Of a DNA stretch of 64,000 bases, positions 1-12,637 are shown piece by piece. Origin of the DNA: Octopus vulgaris (lineage: Eukaryota); contig OX597830.1 in NCBI GenBank assembly GCA_951406725.2, positions 43,462,001 to 43,526,000 on the forward strand. The letters are read 5' to 3'. The translations under genes were made by a program, and so were the position numbers. Each line of letters begins with the position of its first letter. Position 1 is the stretch's first letter. The notes below the pieces were generated by a model, which had not been told where the DNA came from, made no database searches, and was given only the letters and a program-made list of their open reading frames with translations.

Positions 1-1492
1 ACAAAAAGACAGGTCTCGTCTTTGGAGAATCGATGTGGTTCATTTCATGTTCTTCTACTGACTGTTTAAAAACGCATGCTCATCTATAGAGCAGATAACT
101 GCTTTACGTATTAATACGTGCCCAGCTCTGATTCTTTTCTACACCAGGCACAAAGGCCCAAAATTTTGGGGGAAGGGGATCAGTCGATTAGATCAATCCC
201 GAAAGGATGAAAGGCAAAGTCGACCTCACCAGAATTTGAACTCAGAACATAAAGCCAGAAGAAATACTGCTAAGCATTTTGCCCGCCATGCTAACGTTTC
301 TGCCAGCTCTGATTGTCTGAAGTATGCCATAGCGCAACTGTGCTATGCCGCAACAACCAAAATAGCTTTCCTGACTTCTACAAATGTGCTTCGATTTGCT
401 TCTCTACAGTCCATACTTTTCACTTATCAATTCATGGCACCTTTCTATAGTCATACATCATCATTTAATTGCAACACTTGTACAAATAGTAGATGTCTAT
501 ATCTACATTATTCAAACTCAAAGACTTCTTTAACCCTTTAGCATTCAGATTAGGGTTAAGGTTAATGTATTGCTCATTTATTCACATTGTTTTGAATTAA
601 TCAAGTATTTCGAGGTGTGAGAGGCTAGATATGGCCAGTTTGAACATATTCGACTGAATATGGCTGGTTTAAATGCTAAAGGGTGAAAAGAGAAATAAGC
701 AGAAAATTCTTTTCTACTCTAGGCACAAGGCCCGAAATTTTAGGGGAAGGGGCCAGTTGATTAGATAGTATGCAACTGGTACTTAATTTATCGACCCTTG
801 CAAGGATGAAAGGCAAAGTCGACTTCGGCGGAATTTGAACTCAGAATGTAAAGACAGATGACATATCTATTTCTTTACTACCCATAAGGGGCTAAACACA
901 GGAGGGACAAACAAGGACAGACAAACGGATTAAGTCAATTACATCGACCCCAGTGCGTAACTGGTACTTAATTTATTGGCCCCGAAAGGATGAAAGGCAA
1001 AGTCAACCTCAGCGGAATTTGAACTCAGAACATAATGGCAGACGAAATACCGCTAAGCATTTCACCCAGCGTGCTAACAATTCTGCCAGCTCGCCGCCTT
1101 AAAATAAGCAAAAAATTGACTGAATAGAATGCCTTGTGATATCTGCTCCAGCTCTCTGTGTTCTGAATATTCCAAGATCAAATCCTGCCAAAGCCAGCTC
1201 TTCTTTATATCCTCCCAGGGTCAATGAATAAAGTATCAATCAAGTACTAAGACCAATTCTTCTCTCTCTCTCTCAGAAAATGGCCAACTTGTGCCATGAT
1301 AAGCATCATGAGGAACCATTCACAGTGTCTCTTCCTCTTGAAATGAAATAGGTTGAGCAAGCGACTAGCAAACACTTCTCATTGAAAAACTGATATTCTA
1401 CTCAGATCATGAAGTGAAGAACTGATTTGCAGAACAACACAAAAGATAAACTTTAAAAAAGGAAGCAAACAAGAAATGGTTGGTACACTTAC

Positions 1493-1576
1493 AAGAAATA
1501 GAGGACAAACCGAAAATAATATATTCTTGCAATCGGACCAAATAGGTTGACAAAAACTGTAAATGGAAACTGGCAC
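1493..1576 (-). CDS. CYBA: p22phox coding exon 4 (gene continues beyond left edge)
   Basis: Acceptor ccattttcag; 84 nt; CQFPFTVFVNLFGPIARIYYFRFVLYF(L) vs human [28 protein letters not shown]; donor GTAAGT. Confidence 0.93.
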
Positions 1577-4500
1577 CTGAAAATGGAAAGAATTTCAGTA
1601 TATTTGGAGTAGCTCTATCATCAAGTGACTGGAAGATTTAATACAGCATATTTATTTTATTAATAATAAATTATAAATTTTATGTAAATTTTGATTATTA
1701 TTACATGCTGCCACCACGTAAAAGGCAGCCCGTATACTAGGTGGTTGGCATTAGGAAGGCCACCCAGCCATAGAAACCATGCCGAAACAGACAGCTGGCG
1801 CCTGGTGCAGTCTACCACTGAATTGAAGATAGTGAATTAGCTTTGGCACCTCCCGCCTAGATGTTTGTAACAGTGTAAACCCTATTGAAAGTAATCAAGA
1901 ACCAGTAGGCAGAGGTATGTCTTAAGATTAGCAGAGCATCTACAACATGTGGACTAGTTTGCTTATTAATTTTATATCCATTTCACCGTCCTCAGTTAAC
2001 CTAACGCTAACCCTAAACCTAACACTAGCCCCTAACCAGAGCTATAGAGGAAGGCACTTGTCCAAGATACCATGCAGTGGGACCGAACCAAGAATTATAT
2101 AGTTGGGAAGCAAACTTCTTATCACACAGTATTTAATTAAGTTTTCTTTACAGTTTAATATCCTTCCTCTTGCGAACCATTTTGCCCCAAAGTAATCATA
2201 ACTTGTCAATCAAAACTGAGGCGAATATAGTTTGGTGCTTTGTCCACTGAGCACAACACGAGTTTATAACACTCTAACAGATTATAACGTGGTCATGAGA
2301 ATCAAAGACTTAAGCTCTAAGTTAGATACTGTCTCTCGATGTATTTTTTTAAATAATGAAAATAGTGCTGACTTTAGGAAGAGGATACATCCGTAGAAAC
2401 AATACTGAAACTAACACTGGTATTCAGTAGGGCCCCATGTTCATGTTGGATCTTGTCAAGCTGTCCAACCGAAGACAGTGTGGAAAATGAACATTAAATG
2501 ACGATAATGTCCTTTCGAACTAAATTATAAATCAATCTCATTTCCGGGTACTATGTAATAGTTTTTGCTGTAAACATTTCCATGCATTAAGCTAGTTACG
2601 ACTATTACATAGTACCCGGAAATAGGCAGAGGTATGCCAGTCCTCGGTCAAACCGTCCAACCCATGCCAACATGGAAAGCAAACGTTAAACAATGATGAA
2701 GATGTATTGTTCGTGTGAATTTGTAAACTATTAATTGCTTACTTAGACTGTAAATTTGTCATCTATTAATTGCTCACTAAGACTGTAAATTTGTCATCAG
2801 CATGAAAAAAAAAAGCACCTGGTACAAACGATTGTGAAGGCCATACTCATCTCAATGAAGTCTACAGAAGCAAAATATCTAGAGTTGCTTCCCTTGCATA
2901 CTAGATCCGAGAATAACATTGGTTTTAAAATTTAGCTTAAAGTCGGCAATTTGGGCGGCTGAGATAAGTCGACCTCAGCGCTTGACTATTATCTTATCTT
3001 ATCAACACCGAAAGGCTGATAAGTCGAACCTGGTAGAATTTGGAATCGGAACATAAATGCCACAAAACATTTTGCTCGCCTTTGCTTAGAAAATGATATT
3101 AATTCTAAATACTTTTTCTAATTACAGTATTTCACCAAATAGCGATTAGAAATTATTTAGAGGTTATAAAAAAAAATCCTTAGTGTTGTGACTGTCTGGT
3201 AAGAAGCTTGCTTCCCGACTACATAGCTCTGGGTTCAGTCCCATTGCATGACATCTTGGGCAAGTGTCTTCTGCTGTAGCTTTGGGACGACCAAATCCTT
3301 GTGAGTGGATTTGAAGAACAGAAACTGAAAGAAGCCCATCGTGTGTTTGTAGGTATGTGTGTATGTATGTTTGTCCCACACCGCCACTTGACAACCAATG
3401 TTGGTTTGTTTACGGCTCCGTAACCTAACGATTCAATAAAAGAGACTGGTACAGTTAAAATATAGAAAGAAAAAGATGTTGGTTAAAGAAGACAAGATAA
3501 ATTATGCTTGGAATAGAAAAAGCAGTGATGGTCACGATCGGAATGTCTTTCATGTTGATCTCAATCAGTTCTGATCTGGTATATCAACAGAACAAAACTT
3601 TTTAAATGAATTCTTTCCCTTTGCTCGTATTTCTATTTGACGTTTTCTTTAATGCAAGGGAAACAACTCTGTCACGACAATAATACCAATTTAAGACTGA
3701 AGTGGTAGAACCATTAAAGCATCGGGAAGAAAAATGCTTCACAGCATTTCTTCTGACTTTACCTTCTGGTTTCAAATTCCGCCGAAGTCGACCTTGCTTT
3801 TCATCTTCTCGGGGTCGGTAAAATAAGTACCCGTTGAGCACTAGAACTGATATAATCGCCTTATTCCACCTCACAAAAAATTCAGGCCTTCTACCTTTAG
3901 TAGAAAGGAAGATTAAGACGTATATTCGTTGCATGCTTTCACTGCACCACTGAGTGCAGTTCTGCTGTATTCCTCGTGTAGTGCAGTGTTTTGTTTCGGT
4001 GTCTGTAATAGAATTTACTTGTTAATTCTGGAACAAGAACTCGCACACCTATAGTTGTAGTTGTTAAGCCTCATATCAGCTTTGATGATTAAAAACGTTC
4101 CATCTATGACCCTCCTGTCATTATCCCCCGATACAGTGTAAACTAGTGCCCAGAGTCACATTTTTTTAATGTGTCATTCGTTTGTAAGACAATAGGGCAT
4201 GATTTCGTTCTTTTTTGAAATCAACAGCATGGTATAACTGGTAGTGAAGCAATTCAATTATATTTTCTTATGGTTTACTCAAATGAAGGACATTAGCCAC
4301 GAGCCTTATCAGGGTCTCCTAGTCGAGTAGACAGAAGTTACCTTTATATCAGCAGAAATTTCTCCTAAGAGCCTGAAACTGGAGTTTGCTAAAGGGCTCC
4401 CTATATGCCAGGTGGTGAAGATGTGAATTCAGGAAATAGATTAATATATTGGCCTCAAATTTTGGCACAAGGCCAGTAATTTCAGAGGAGGGGGAATAGT

Positions 4501-4699
4501 TGATTACATTGACCCCAGTGCTTAATTGGTGCTTATTTTATCAACCCCAAAATGATGAAAGGCAAAGTCGACCTTGTGGTATTTGAACTCAGAATGTAAA
4601 GACATGAAATGCCACTAAGCATTTTGCCTGACATGCTAATGATTCTGTCAGCTCACTGCCTAATTAATAGATTAGTTTACCATCTAAATGAATACTTAC

Positions 4700-4774
4700 T
4701 TTCTGGGTGAACTTTTCCCTTTAGCTCGCAGACTGCGTGGGTATTCAAACAAGAAAATAAAAACACCTGCTGCT
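4700..4774 (-). CDS. CYBA: p22phox coding exon 3
   Basis: 75 nt; AAGVFIFLFEYPRSLRAKGKSSPR(K) with the conserved GVF..L.EYPR motif; acceptor cttag, donor GTAAGT. Confidence 0.95.
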
Positions 4775-4876
4775 CTAAGAAGTGCTAAGGAAAAACTTGG
4801 AAATCATAAAACATATCAAATTGGTAGAGTTTTAAAAAAGGTGTTTGAAAACATCAGTGAGAGAGAAAGAGAGAGA

Positions 4877-5104
4877 TTAACTCTTTTGATACCAACCTGG
4901 TTGTAACCACTTCTGGCTCTGCAGTACAAATGTCTTGTTTTCAAAGGTTCTGAATTAAAATCTCCCTCTAAACCTTAGTCAGAATTTATGTTCCTGACAC
5001 TAGCTTAATGATTACTAAGTTATTTTACTAAATTCTTTGTTATATTTAAAGTAATTGAAAGAAACACAGAGCATCTCAACAGAAATATGGTAACAAAAGG
5101 GTTA
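4877..5104. mobile_element. TTAA-flanked piggyBac-like MITE
   Basis: Reverse-complement homolog of 44789-45010, ending AAAAGGGTTAA. Confidence 0.7.
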
Positions 5105-6184
5105 ATATAAACAGGCACAAGTCATAAAAACAAGGAAAAGCCCCTAGTTCAGTGGTTCTCAAATATTTTTTACCTATGGACCCCTTTGATTCCTATTTTA
5201 CTCATAGGCATTTGATTCTAAAATCTCCATTATACTTTTATGATTAAATATTATGAAGAACTGTAGAAGACATTTAAATATCTTGTGGGTTGTAGAAATA
5301 TTATGAATCTGTTGCACATAAATTCTAACACCAAAATCCACTGACCAAGAGAGTCAAGGTTGGAGCTGAACCAGGTGTTAAATAGCAACAACGAAAACAA
5401 CTGAAAAATTGTATTCCCACTTTTACTTCAGTTGTAGAGACAAGATGGAGCAGTGGATAAAGTATTAGAATACCTCCTCACAGTTCAGATGTTCAAATCA
5501 GATGCAGGGTGGGTTTTATTATTTAATCATTTTGTTTTGTTAACATCACTGTTGAGAAACTACAGCATTATTGGTTAAAGAATCTTGACAAGCCAACAAT
5601 AAATTCACTGTATTTCCTAAGAACAAAGTAACAAAGAAATGTCTGTAAGTTGGTGCAGCATTTCTTCTTGTGGATATTTACATTCTTTGCCAATATACAT
5701 AAGCGAAAGACATACACACATATCTACACATGATGGTTGTCAACTAGTTAGACAAGCATGATCATCACTGACAGGTAGTATCAACAATGTCTGTGCAAAG
5801 GTTTTTCCTGCCACTAGCAATACCAAGGAAGACAGAGATAAGCAAAATGCAAGATCTTCCAGCTCAGCAGAGTAGCAGGTTTTATATACAAGTTAGCTTT
5901 TTCCTCGAAGGATGCCTTAACAAAGATCAAGTGTAACTCACACCCAATGAGTTTACTGTGCGTTTGGACACCAACCAGGGTATTTGTACATCCTGATACT
6001 CATTGAAATTTAACTAATAGCTGGGACCTTAACAGGTGTTACTTCTCCAGGTCAGAGCAGACCTGGGAACAACAGTGGCAAAGAAATTATTCCACACACT
6101 GCATAACTCTGAAATCCCAGAACCAGATGCAATTTAAAGTCATACCTGGGACATATCTACACCTATATACAGACACACACACAT

Positions 6185-7135
6185 TAGTAAATGTAAGCAC
6201 AACAAACCTCACATAATGATTTGGGATAGAGAAGAAAAATTGTGTACAGTTGCAGAAATTAGCATAAACCTGAAGATCAGTGAAAACACCTATGCTGAAC
6301 TATTGAGAAATCTGCAGTTACTCTAACCAGATTACAAATTCAGGTTTATACCTGTAATTATTGGGGCTCTGGGATATGTAACACACTGCCTAAATACTAA
6401 TCTTGAGAAATTAGGCTTCTCAAGACCAGAAAGGTAAAAGCTAATTCGAAGACTATAGATTGAATACATTACTGGAACTGTAAAAATCTATAAAACTTTC
6501 TAGAAGTTTATCATCTAAATATATATGAGCATGTCTAGATACGGTTGCCACAAAATACCTGGTGAACAAGAGAGACAGTGATGTTCTTGTAATCCCAAGG
6601 TGCAACTGCATGTTTAGGCTATGTCATGTTTTTGTGGAAGACATCACGCTGTCCTAAAATGTCATCACGGTACTACCTCCCTATGCAGCTCAATTTACAA
6701 TACCATTCATAAATACCAACTCAAGGAATACTGGTGGAATATTATTCCCATCAAAACTTCTGTCAAATGTAAACATAACAGGTTGGATATTGTTGTTTGG
6801 GACAGAGGGGCAAAGGTATGTACCATCATAGAGGTCAGCTGCCTTGCAGATATAAATATCTCTTTGAAAATCAAAGAAAAAGAGGATATCTATGGACAAC
6901 TGCTTCGAAACCTCCAGCTTCTATATCCAGACTATGAATTCATATTCATACCAATAATAATTGGAGCACTAGGTTTTGTTAGTAAATGCTTAAAGGAGAA
7001 TCTGGATAAACTGGGATTTTCAGAAAGAGAAATTGACTGGTTGATTCGTACATTACAAGTGCAATCTGTGAGTGGAACAGTAAAAATATGCAAGACTTTT
7101 CTCAAGTTCCAAATGTTAATTTGTCTGTGTTAACT
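6185..7135 (+). mobile_element. Two tandem 3' fragments of an RLE-type non-LTR retrotransposon (R4-like)
   Basis: ORF 6621-7133 has HNRLDIVVWD..IIEVSC..KEKEDIY..PIIIGALG (restriction-like endonuclease C-terminus). A more decayed related copy lies at 6185-6516. Confidence 0.82.
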
Positions 7136-7299
7136 ACATCTCAAAGATGGAGCTTTGTATCCTTGGCAGAAACTGGTTCCCTCCTCAGTGGAAGATTTAT
7201 AATAATTAAAAAATAGTAGAGACACACATACGAGGTCTGATCAAATAGTATCAGGACTGGTGCTATGGAAAGACAGCTACAACACATATCAGTTTGGCA

Positions 7300-7780
7300 T
7301 TTAACCTCCTTCAAAGTAGTCCCCTTCCGAAGCCACACATTTTTACCCAGTATTGTTTCCATAGGTGGAAGCATCCCTGGAACTCCTTTTTGGAGACAGC
7401 AAGCAACTGTTTCATTGTATTCTCTTGGATTTCCTTGACATGTTGATATCTTGCAGGGGTCTTCCACTGTGAAGACTGAGCCTTGGTTTTGGGGTCATAG
7501 CCACAGACCCACAATTCATCACCTGTTATAACCGTTTTCAAAAAGTCTTCATCTTCCTCAACACAATGAAAGAGACCCTGCACAGCTGAAACCTGATCTT
7601 CTTTTTGAGTCAACCACACTCTATGCACTTTACGTTCAAGCACTGCTATAAATGGCAGAAGAGAACTTAGTGTGCATGTGTGACAGAGTTCAAAGTCGAT
7701 CTGTGCCAAGCAGCTTCACCCTGTATACTTTAGCTCCATTACCATAGCAACAGCTTTCATACTCTTTGATCAAACTTTGT
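7300..7780 (-). mobile_element. Internally deleted mariner
   Basis: FLKTVITGDELWVCGYDPKTKAQSSQWK joined to the C-terminal EFQGCFHLWKQYW..C. Confidence 0.8.
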
Positions 7781-8547
7781 AAGCACACACATACATCATC
7801 ATTTAACGTCTGCTTTCCATGCTGGCATGGGTTGGACAGTTTGACTGAGAACTGGTAAGCCAGGAAACTGCACTAGGCTTCAATCTGATTTGGCAAGGTT
7901 TTTACAGCTGGATGCCCTTCTTAATTCCAACCAATCTGAGAGGGTAGTGGGTGCTTTTTATGTGTCAGTCAAACAGCATTGACATCGGCCACACTCAAAT
8001 GGTGCTTTTTACATGCCACCAGCACGGGTGCCAGTAGGACAGTACTGAATAAACATTTTATGCATAAAATAGCTTGAACCAGAAAGACTGAAATAAATTT
8101 GAATATTAAAAAGCCATATTTACAATGGACGGATGTGTCCCCACCTTGTTTGTTGTCACTACAACATTTCAGCTGATGTACTCTCTAGCCTTAATCAGAT
8201 ATCCTGATGGAATTTCGAACCCAACCCTTTCTACAGCTGAATGCCCTTCCTAGCACCAACCATTCCAAGGGTGTAATGGCTGGAGAGTACATCAGTCGAA
8301 ACAGTGTGGCAACAACAAACAAAGTGAGGATACCTATCTGTCTAATGTACATAATTCCTCATCTCTAAAATATGGAACAGTATTAAAAAGATTCTCTGCA
8401 ATATAGAAATATAAGAATATAAACACATTTGCTCATTGCTTTTGGAATAAAAAAAGAGAAGGGAATCTCCTGATAATGGATATATAAATGAAATAATTCC
8501 TTAAAAAATAACAGATCTTTTTGACTTCATTCACATTAAAAGGATAC

Positions 8548-8617
8548 ACGCCATAAATCCCAAACTGCCATCTCTTGAAAAATCCAACAATGCCTATGAT
8601 TCCACCAAGAATCGTAA
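8548..8617 (-). CDS. CYBA: p22phox coding exon 2
   Basis: Acceptor ttttatttctag; 70 nt; (I)TILGGIIGIVGFFKRWQFGIYG(V) vs human [24 protein letters not shown]; donor GTATCCTTT; phase fits exons 1 and 3. Confidence 0.94.
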
Positions 8618-9104
8618 CTAGAAATAAAACAGAAAATACAATATTAGAAATAACCAAAAACAAAAAAAACAAAGGTGCTGGTGTGACTGCATGGTTTAGA
8701 AGCTGGTTTCCCAACCATGAAACCTTGGGTTCAGTCCTGTTGCAAGGCACCCTGGACGAGTGTCTTCTGACATTGCCTCTAGATGAGCAAAATCTTGTGA
8801 GCGAATTTGGTAAAAGGTAACTGGGTGGAAGCCCAGGGTATGTGTGTGCACATTTGTGTGTATGTGTCTGCCCCACCATCATTTGACAATAGGTGTTGGT
8901 CCATTTACATCCCCATAACTTAACAGTTCAGCACAAAAGACCAATGGAATAAGCAGTAGCTTATAAGAAGTTTGCTTCCCAACCACATGGTTCCGGGTTC
9001 AGTCCCACTGTGTATCACCTTGGGCAAGTATCTGCTACTGTAGCTCCAAGCCAACCAAAGCCTTGTGAATGAATCTGGTAGACAGAAACTGAAAAAATAT
9101 GAAA

Positions 9105-9332
9105 GCAGTGAGCTGGCAGAATCGTTAGCATGCCGGGCGAAATGCTTAGTATTTCATCTACCGTTATGTTCTGAGTTCAAATTCCGCAGAGGTTGACTTT
9201 GCCTTTCATCCTTTCAGGGTCAATAAATTAAGTACTAGTTATGCACTGGGGTCGATGTAATCAACTTAATCCCTTTGTCTGTCCTTGTCTGTCCCCTCTA
9301 TGTTTAGCCCCTTGTGGGCAGTGAAGAAATAA
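9105..9332 (+). repeat. tRNA-derived SINE family B (Meta-domain-like; representative copy)
   Basis: GAGCTGGCAGAATCGTTAGCA..GAGTTCAAATTCCGCCGAGGTCGACTTTGCCTTTCATCCTTTCGGGGTCGATAAA consensus. Copies near 140-310, 700-1100, 3700, 4450, 12750, 19985, 33480-33900, 37205, 38930, 55250-55670, 63640. Confidence 0.85.
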
Positions 9333-9352
9333 GAAACTGAAAAAATCCCATC

Positions 9353-9385
<33 letters not shown>

Positions 9386-9404
9386 GGTATGTGTTTATTG
9401 GCTA

Positions 9405-10410
9405 ACAATGTGCTGAGGCTGAGACATGTCCAGTGAGCAAGCGTGGTCGCCATTTGTGAGACAGGATTTTCTGCAGCTCATCTCATTGACAGAGCTATAG
9501 TTCTGGATTAAGCATAGACCAAGAATGGGTGCTAGGCTCCTGGAGTGTTGGCAAGCACTCACAGCATTCTGTCAAGTCGGTGGAAGTTCCACTATAGATT
9601 TCTATAGGAAATTAGTGGTAGGTAAGAGTGACAACATCCCTGGGAGGGATCAATTAGCTAGTCTTTTCCAGAAGACTTTTGGGACAGGGACAATGGAAAT
9701 CTTCCAGAAATTTCTGGCCTGACAATGCTACCAGCGAGCTCTGCTGGTTCAAGACAAGCTCTTCAGACACATCTGTCCAAGATGTTTGTAGGGCAACAAA
9801 ACTGTCCTACATATACTCATCCAGTGTTTGAGCATTACTGACTCATGGAGCTTTGTCGAATAGCTGTTGACGTATGTAGGACGGATCTGGTTATCAGCTG
9901 AGTCTATTGTGAAGATTGTCCTGTCACCTTGCTTTGGCCAGGAAGGAAAGACAGTTTTCCTGTCTGGTGGCGAAGGAGTTAGTGTGGTGGACAAGACTGA
10001 AAGGAGTGAAGACAAATATTTTCCTCTCCAGTCAAACCCTCATTGACTTTTACAAGTTCCAATTAAAAAGGAAAGTAAGGGTGGAGATAGAAGTTCTGCT
10101 CCCAGTATTTTTGTTGAAAGGTGGGTGAATGTGATGAAGATGACCTGTGTAAATGGGCCTAGACTGAACATTCGTTTGTAAACCGGAGGAGTTGTGAAGG
10201 AGAGAGAGGCATCTGCTGAGGTTCACTTAGTGGTTGGGATAACCAGGATGTGTGGTTGTCCTTGGGATGAACTCAACACTTTTGAGGATTTTATAGTTTA
10301 ATTTTATTGTTAATTGTTATTTTTACAAGACTTTGTACTAAACCATATTTGTCCCTATGTGTTTTGTGTTCGGCCCTTGTGGCCAATAAAGAAACTATTA
10401 TTATTATTAG
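9405..10410 (+). mobile_element. Tx1/L1-clade LINE 3' fragment
   Basis: Decayed ORF2 C-terminus (DKLFRHICPRC..TVLHILIQC..VAKELVWWTR) ending in AATAAA and a (TAT)n tail. Confidence 0.7.
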
Positions 10411-10547
10411 TTATTTGTCAGAGTTTTGTCACACATTCTGTGTCTCCTCTTGTCCCATCTATTCCTTTTTCAGCATGTAACAAAAGAAGCCTAACAAAAA
10501 TCTAATAATAACAATAACAACAATAATGATAATAATGATGATGATGA

Positions 10548-10942
10548 TGAGCCAGACATAGTCTTAATTGAGAAAGAAAGCAAACTATGCTGGATCATAG
10601 ATATAGCATGCCCAGCTGACAACAAGGTATGCGATAAGGAAGAAAGAAAAGTTGAGAGATATGACAGATTAGCTTGGAAGTTAAGCAGTTGTGGTCGATG
10701 AAAAAGGTGGTAGTAGTACCAATAGTTGTCAGGGCCCTGGGAACAGTGAGCAAAAATCTTGAGAAGTATGTGGAATAAATAGGGGCTGCAATAAGGATAG
10801 AGCACTTGCAGAAAACAACACTGTTTGAAACAGCTCGAATACTCCAGAAGGTGCTCGAAAAATAAGAAGTGTTACCTTAGTTCACTGGTAGTGAACAGCT
10901 GACACTGTAACACATCTCCAGCATTAGAAGCTGTGCAAAGGC
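10548..10942 (+). mobile_element. R4/Dong-like non-LTR 3' fragment in a TAA/TGA microsatellite
   Basis: PDIVLIEKESKLCWIIDIACPADNKVCDKEERKVERY..W..KKVVVVPIVV.ALGTV..LQKT; (TAA/TGA)n on both sides. Confidence 0.82.
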
Positions 10943-11529
10943 AATGATAGTAATGATAATGATAATAACAATAATAAATAATAACAACAACAATAAGAAG
11001 AAGAATAAAGTTTAAGTGAAGATCAAATATATAGTTCATGTGTTTATTGGCAAAAAAATTACCATCTCCAAATATAACTCTGTGTGTGTGTGTGTGTGTG
11101 CGTGTGTGTAGGACACTACAAGTGGTTACATGATACATGAACTCATTCACTGATGACAAATGATGTGGAACAGGGAGTTTCTACAATAAATCAAAAGTAA
11201 GACACATCTAGCAATTGTTGAAAGAAAATTTGATCGTTATCTGAACCTTTTAACTTCAAGTACTTGAGTCTTAAATGAGAAGAGACACAGTCCAACCCAG
11301 TTTACAAACAATAAAGTTCATGACTCTTCTATGAAGGCAATAGGATTGACTTATTCCGTGACAAGAAACACTATTCATGGCAGCTTATCTTACGTTTTTT
11401 AAACTTAAAAATAAACAACAATAAGGCGCAGGTGTGGCTGTGTGGTAAGAAGCTTGTTTCTCAACCATATGGTTCCGGGTTCAGTCCCACTGCATGGCAC
11501 CTTGGGCAAGTGTTTTATGACATTGTAGG

Positions 11530-12180
11530 GCATGTGTGAGAGGCTGTGTATGGCCAATTTCAGAAACAATTTTATTCTGGAAAAATTAACAGTAGAAATG
11601 TTTTCATTAGCCAAAGTATGAACCATGAACATCAATGCATTTCTACCATTGATCAACAAGATTTTTGAAGTGAGGGACCTTAATTTCATCCAACTGAGAG
11701 CTTTGATGCTACGAAATCTTTGAAAGCTGAACCTTTTAACTTCAAGTACTTGAGTCTAAAATGAGAAGAGGCACAATCCAACCCAGTTTACAAACATTAA
11801 AGTTCATGACTCTTCTATGAAGGCTATAGGATTGACTTATTCCATGACAAGAAACACCTGAAAGTTTTATCACTTAAAAATGTGTTTAAATGCTTTAAAA
11901 AATGGTGGTCAGTGGGCGAAAGCTCAGGAGAATATGGGGAATGTGGTAAAGTCTCGTATCCCATGTTTGTGAGTTTCTGCAGCATCATTCTTGCCACATA
12001 TGGCTTTGCATTACTGTGGAGTAGAATTGGGCCACACCGATTCACCAATACAGATCTCATTTTTGGCAAGTGAGCATGCATTTCAGTGAGTTGATTGCAG
12101 TAAATCTCTGCTGTAATGTTCTGATTGGCTTCCAGAAACCTGTAATGGACAATACCTATTGCAGACCATTAGACTGCTTC
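11530..12180 (-). mobile_element. Mariner transposase fragment
   Basis: ILLHSNAKPYVARMMLQKL..YETLPHSPYSPELSPTDHHFLKHL. Part of it (11728-11857) is duplicated at 11241-11370. Confidence 0.85.
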
Positions 12181-12286
12181 CTAATTTTATTCTATCTATA
12201 GAAATTGATTTCAAATTTTAGCAAATGGCTACCAATTTTTGAGGGAAGGGGTATGTCAATTACATCAACCCCAGTGCATAACTAGA

Positions 12287-12637
12287 AACAACGAAGCCTT
12301 CAATATTATCACCCAAAATCTTCCCATCCTCACAGGAGATAAAACAATGAACAAAATTTTAAGCTCATACAAAATTATCAAAAGCAAAATGCAACCTAAA
12401 TCACCAAAAAAATATTAACCAGCGCAAGACTATATCCTTTAACAACAGAACCAAAATGAAAAAATGTGGTTGACCTAACTGTGGTACATGCCTCCACCTT
12501 TTGGAGGGCTCAGAATTCCGCTTTAAACAAGGTGAAATATTTAAGATCAAATCAAATTTCACCTGTGCCTTGGAAAATCTAATCTATGCCATTACATGCT
12601 TAGGATGTGGTAACAATTATATTGGTCAAACAGGAAT
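12287..12637 (+). mobile_element. Penelope-like element fragment (Cys-rich knuckle + GIY-YIG endonuclease)
   Basis: Translates ..KCG*PNCGTCLHLLEG..IKSNFTCALENLIYAITCLGCGNNYIGQTG; decayed, with a stop. Confidence 0.85.

Larger units (their letters stand above)
4775..8547 (-). other. U12-type GT-AG intron (CYBA intron 2)
   Basis: 5' splice site GTATCCTTT (8547-8539, minus) matches the U12 consensus RTATCCTTT. Branch-like TTTTCCTTAGC (about 4794-4784) lies close to the AG, with no long polypyrimidine tract. Confidence 0.85.

Noticed and set aside
1-1492. Search for CYBA exons 5-6
   Set aside because: I found no minus-strand segment resembling LSVPAGFLLATILG or the Pro-rich tail; they probably lie beyond the left edge.
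1995-2040. Telomere-like CCTAAC repeats
   Set aside because: Short and degenerate; such tracts are common inside TE fragments and are not evidence of a telomere.
11241-11370. 130-bp direct repeat with 11728-11857 as possible LTRs
   Set aside because: No TG..CA ends, PBS or PPT; it is a local duplication of mariner-associated sequence.
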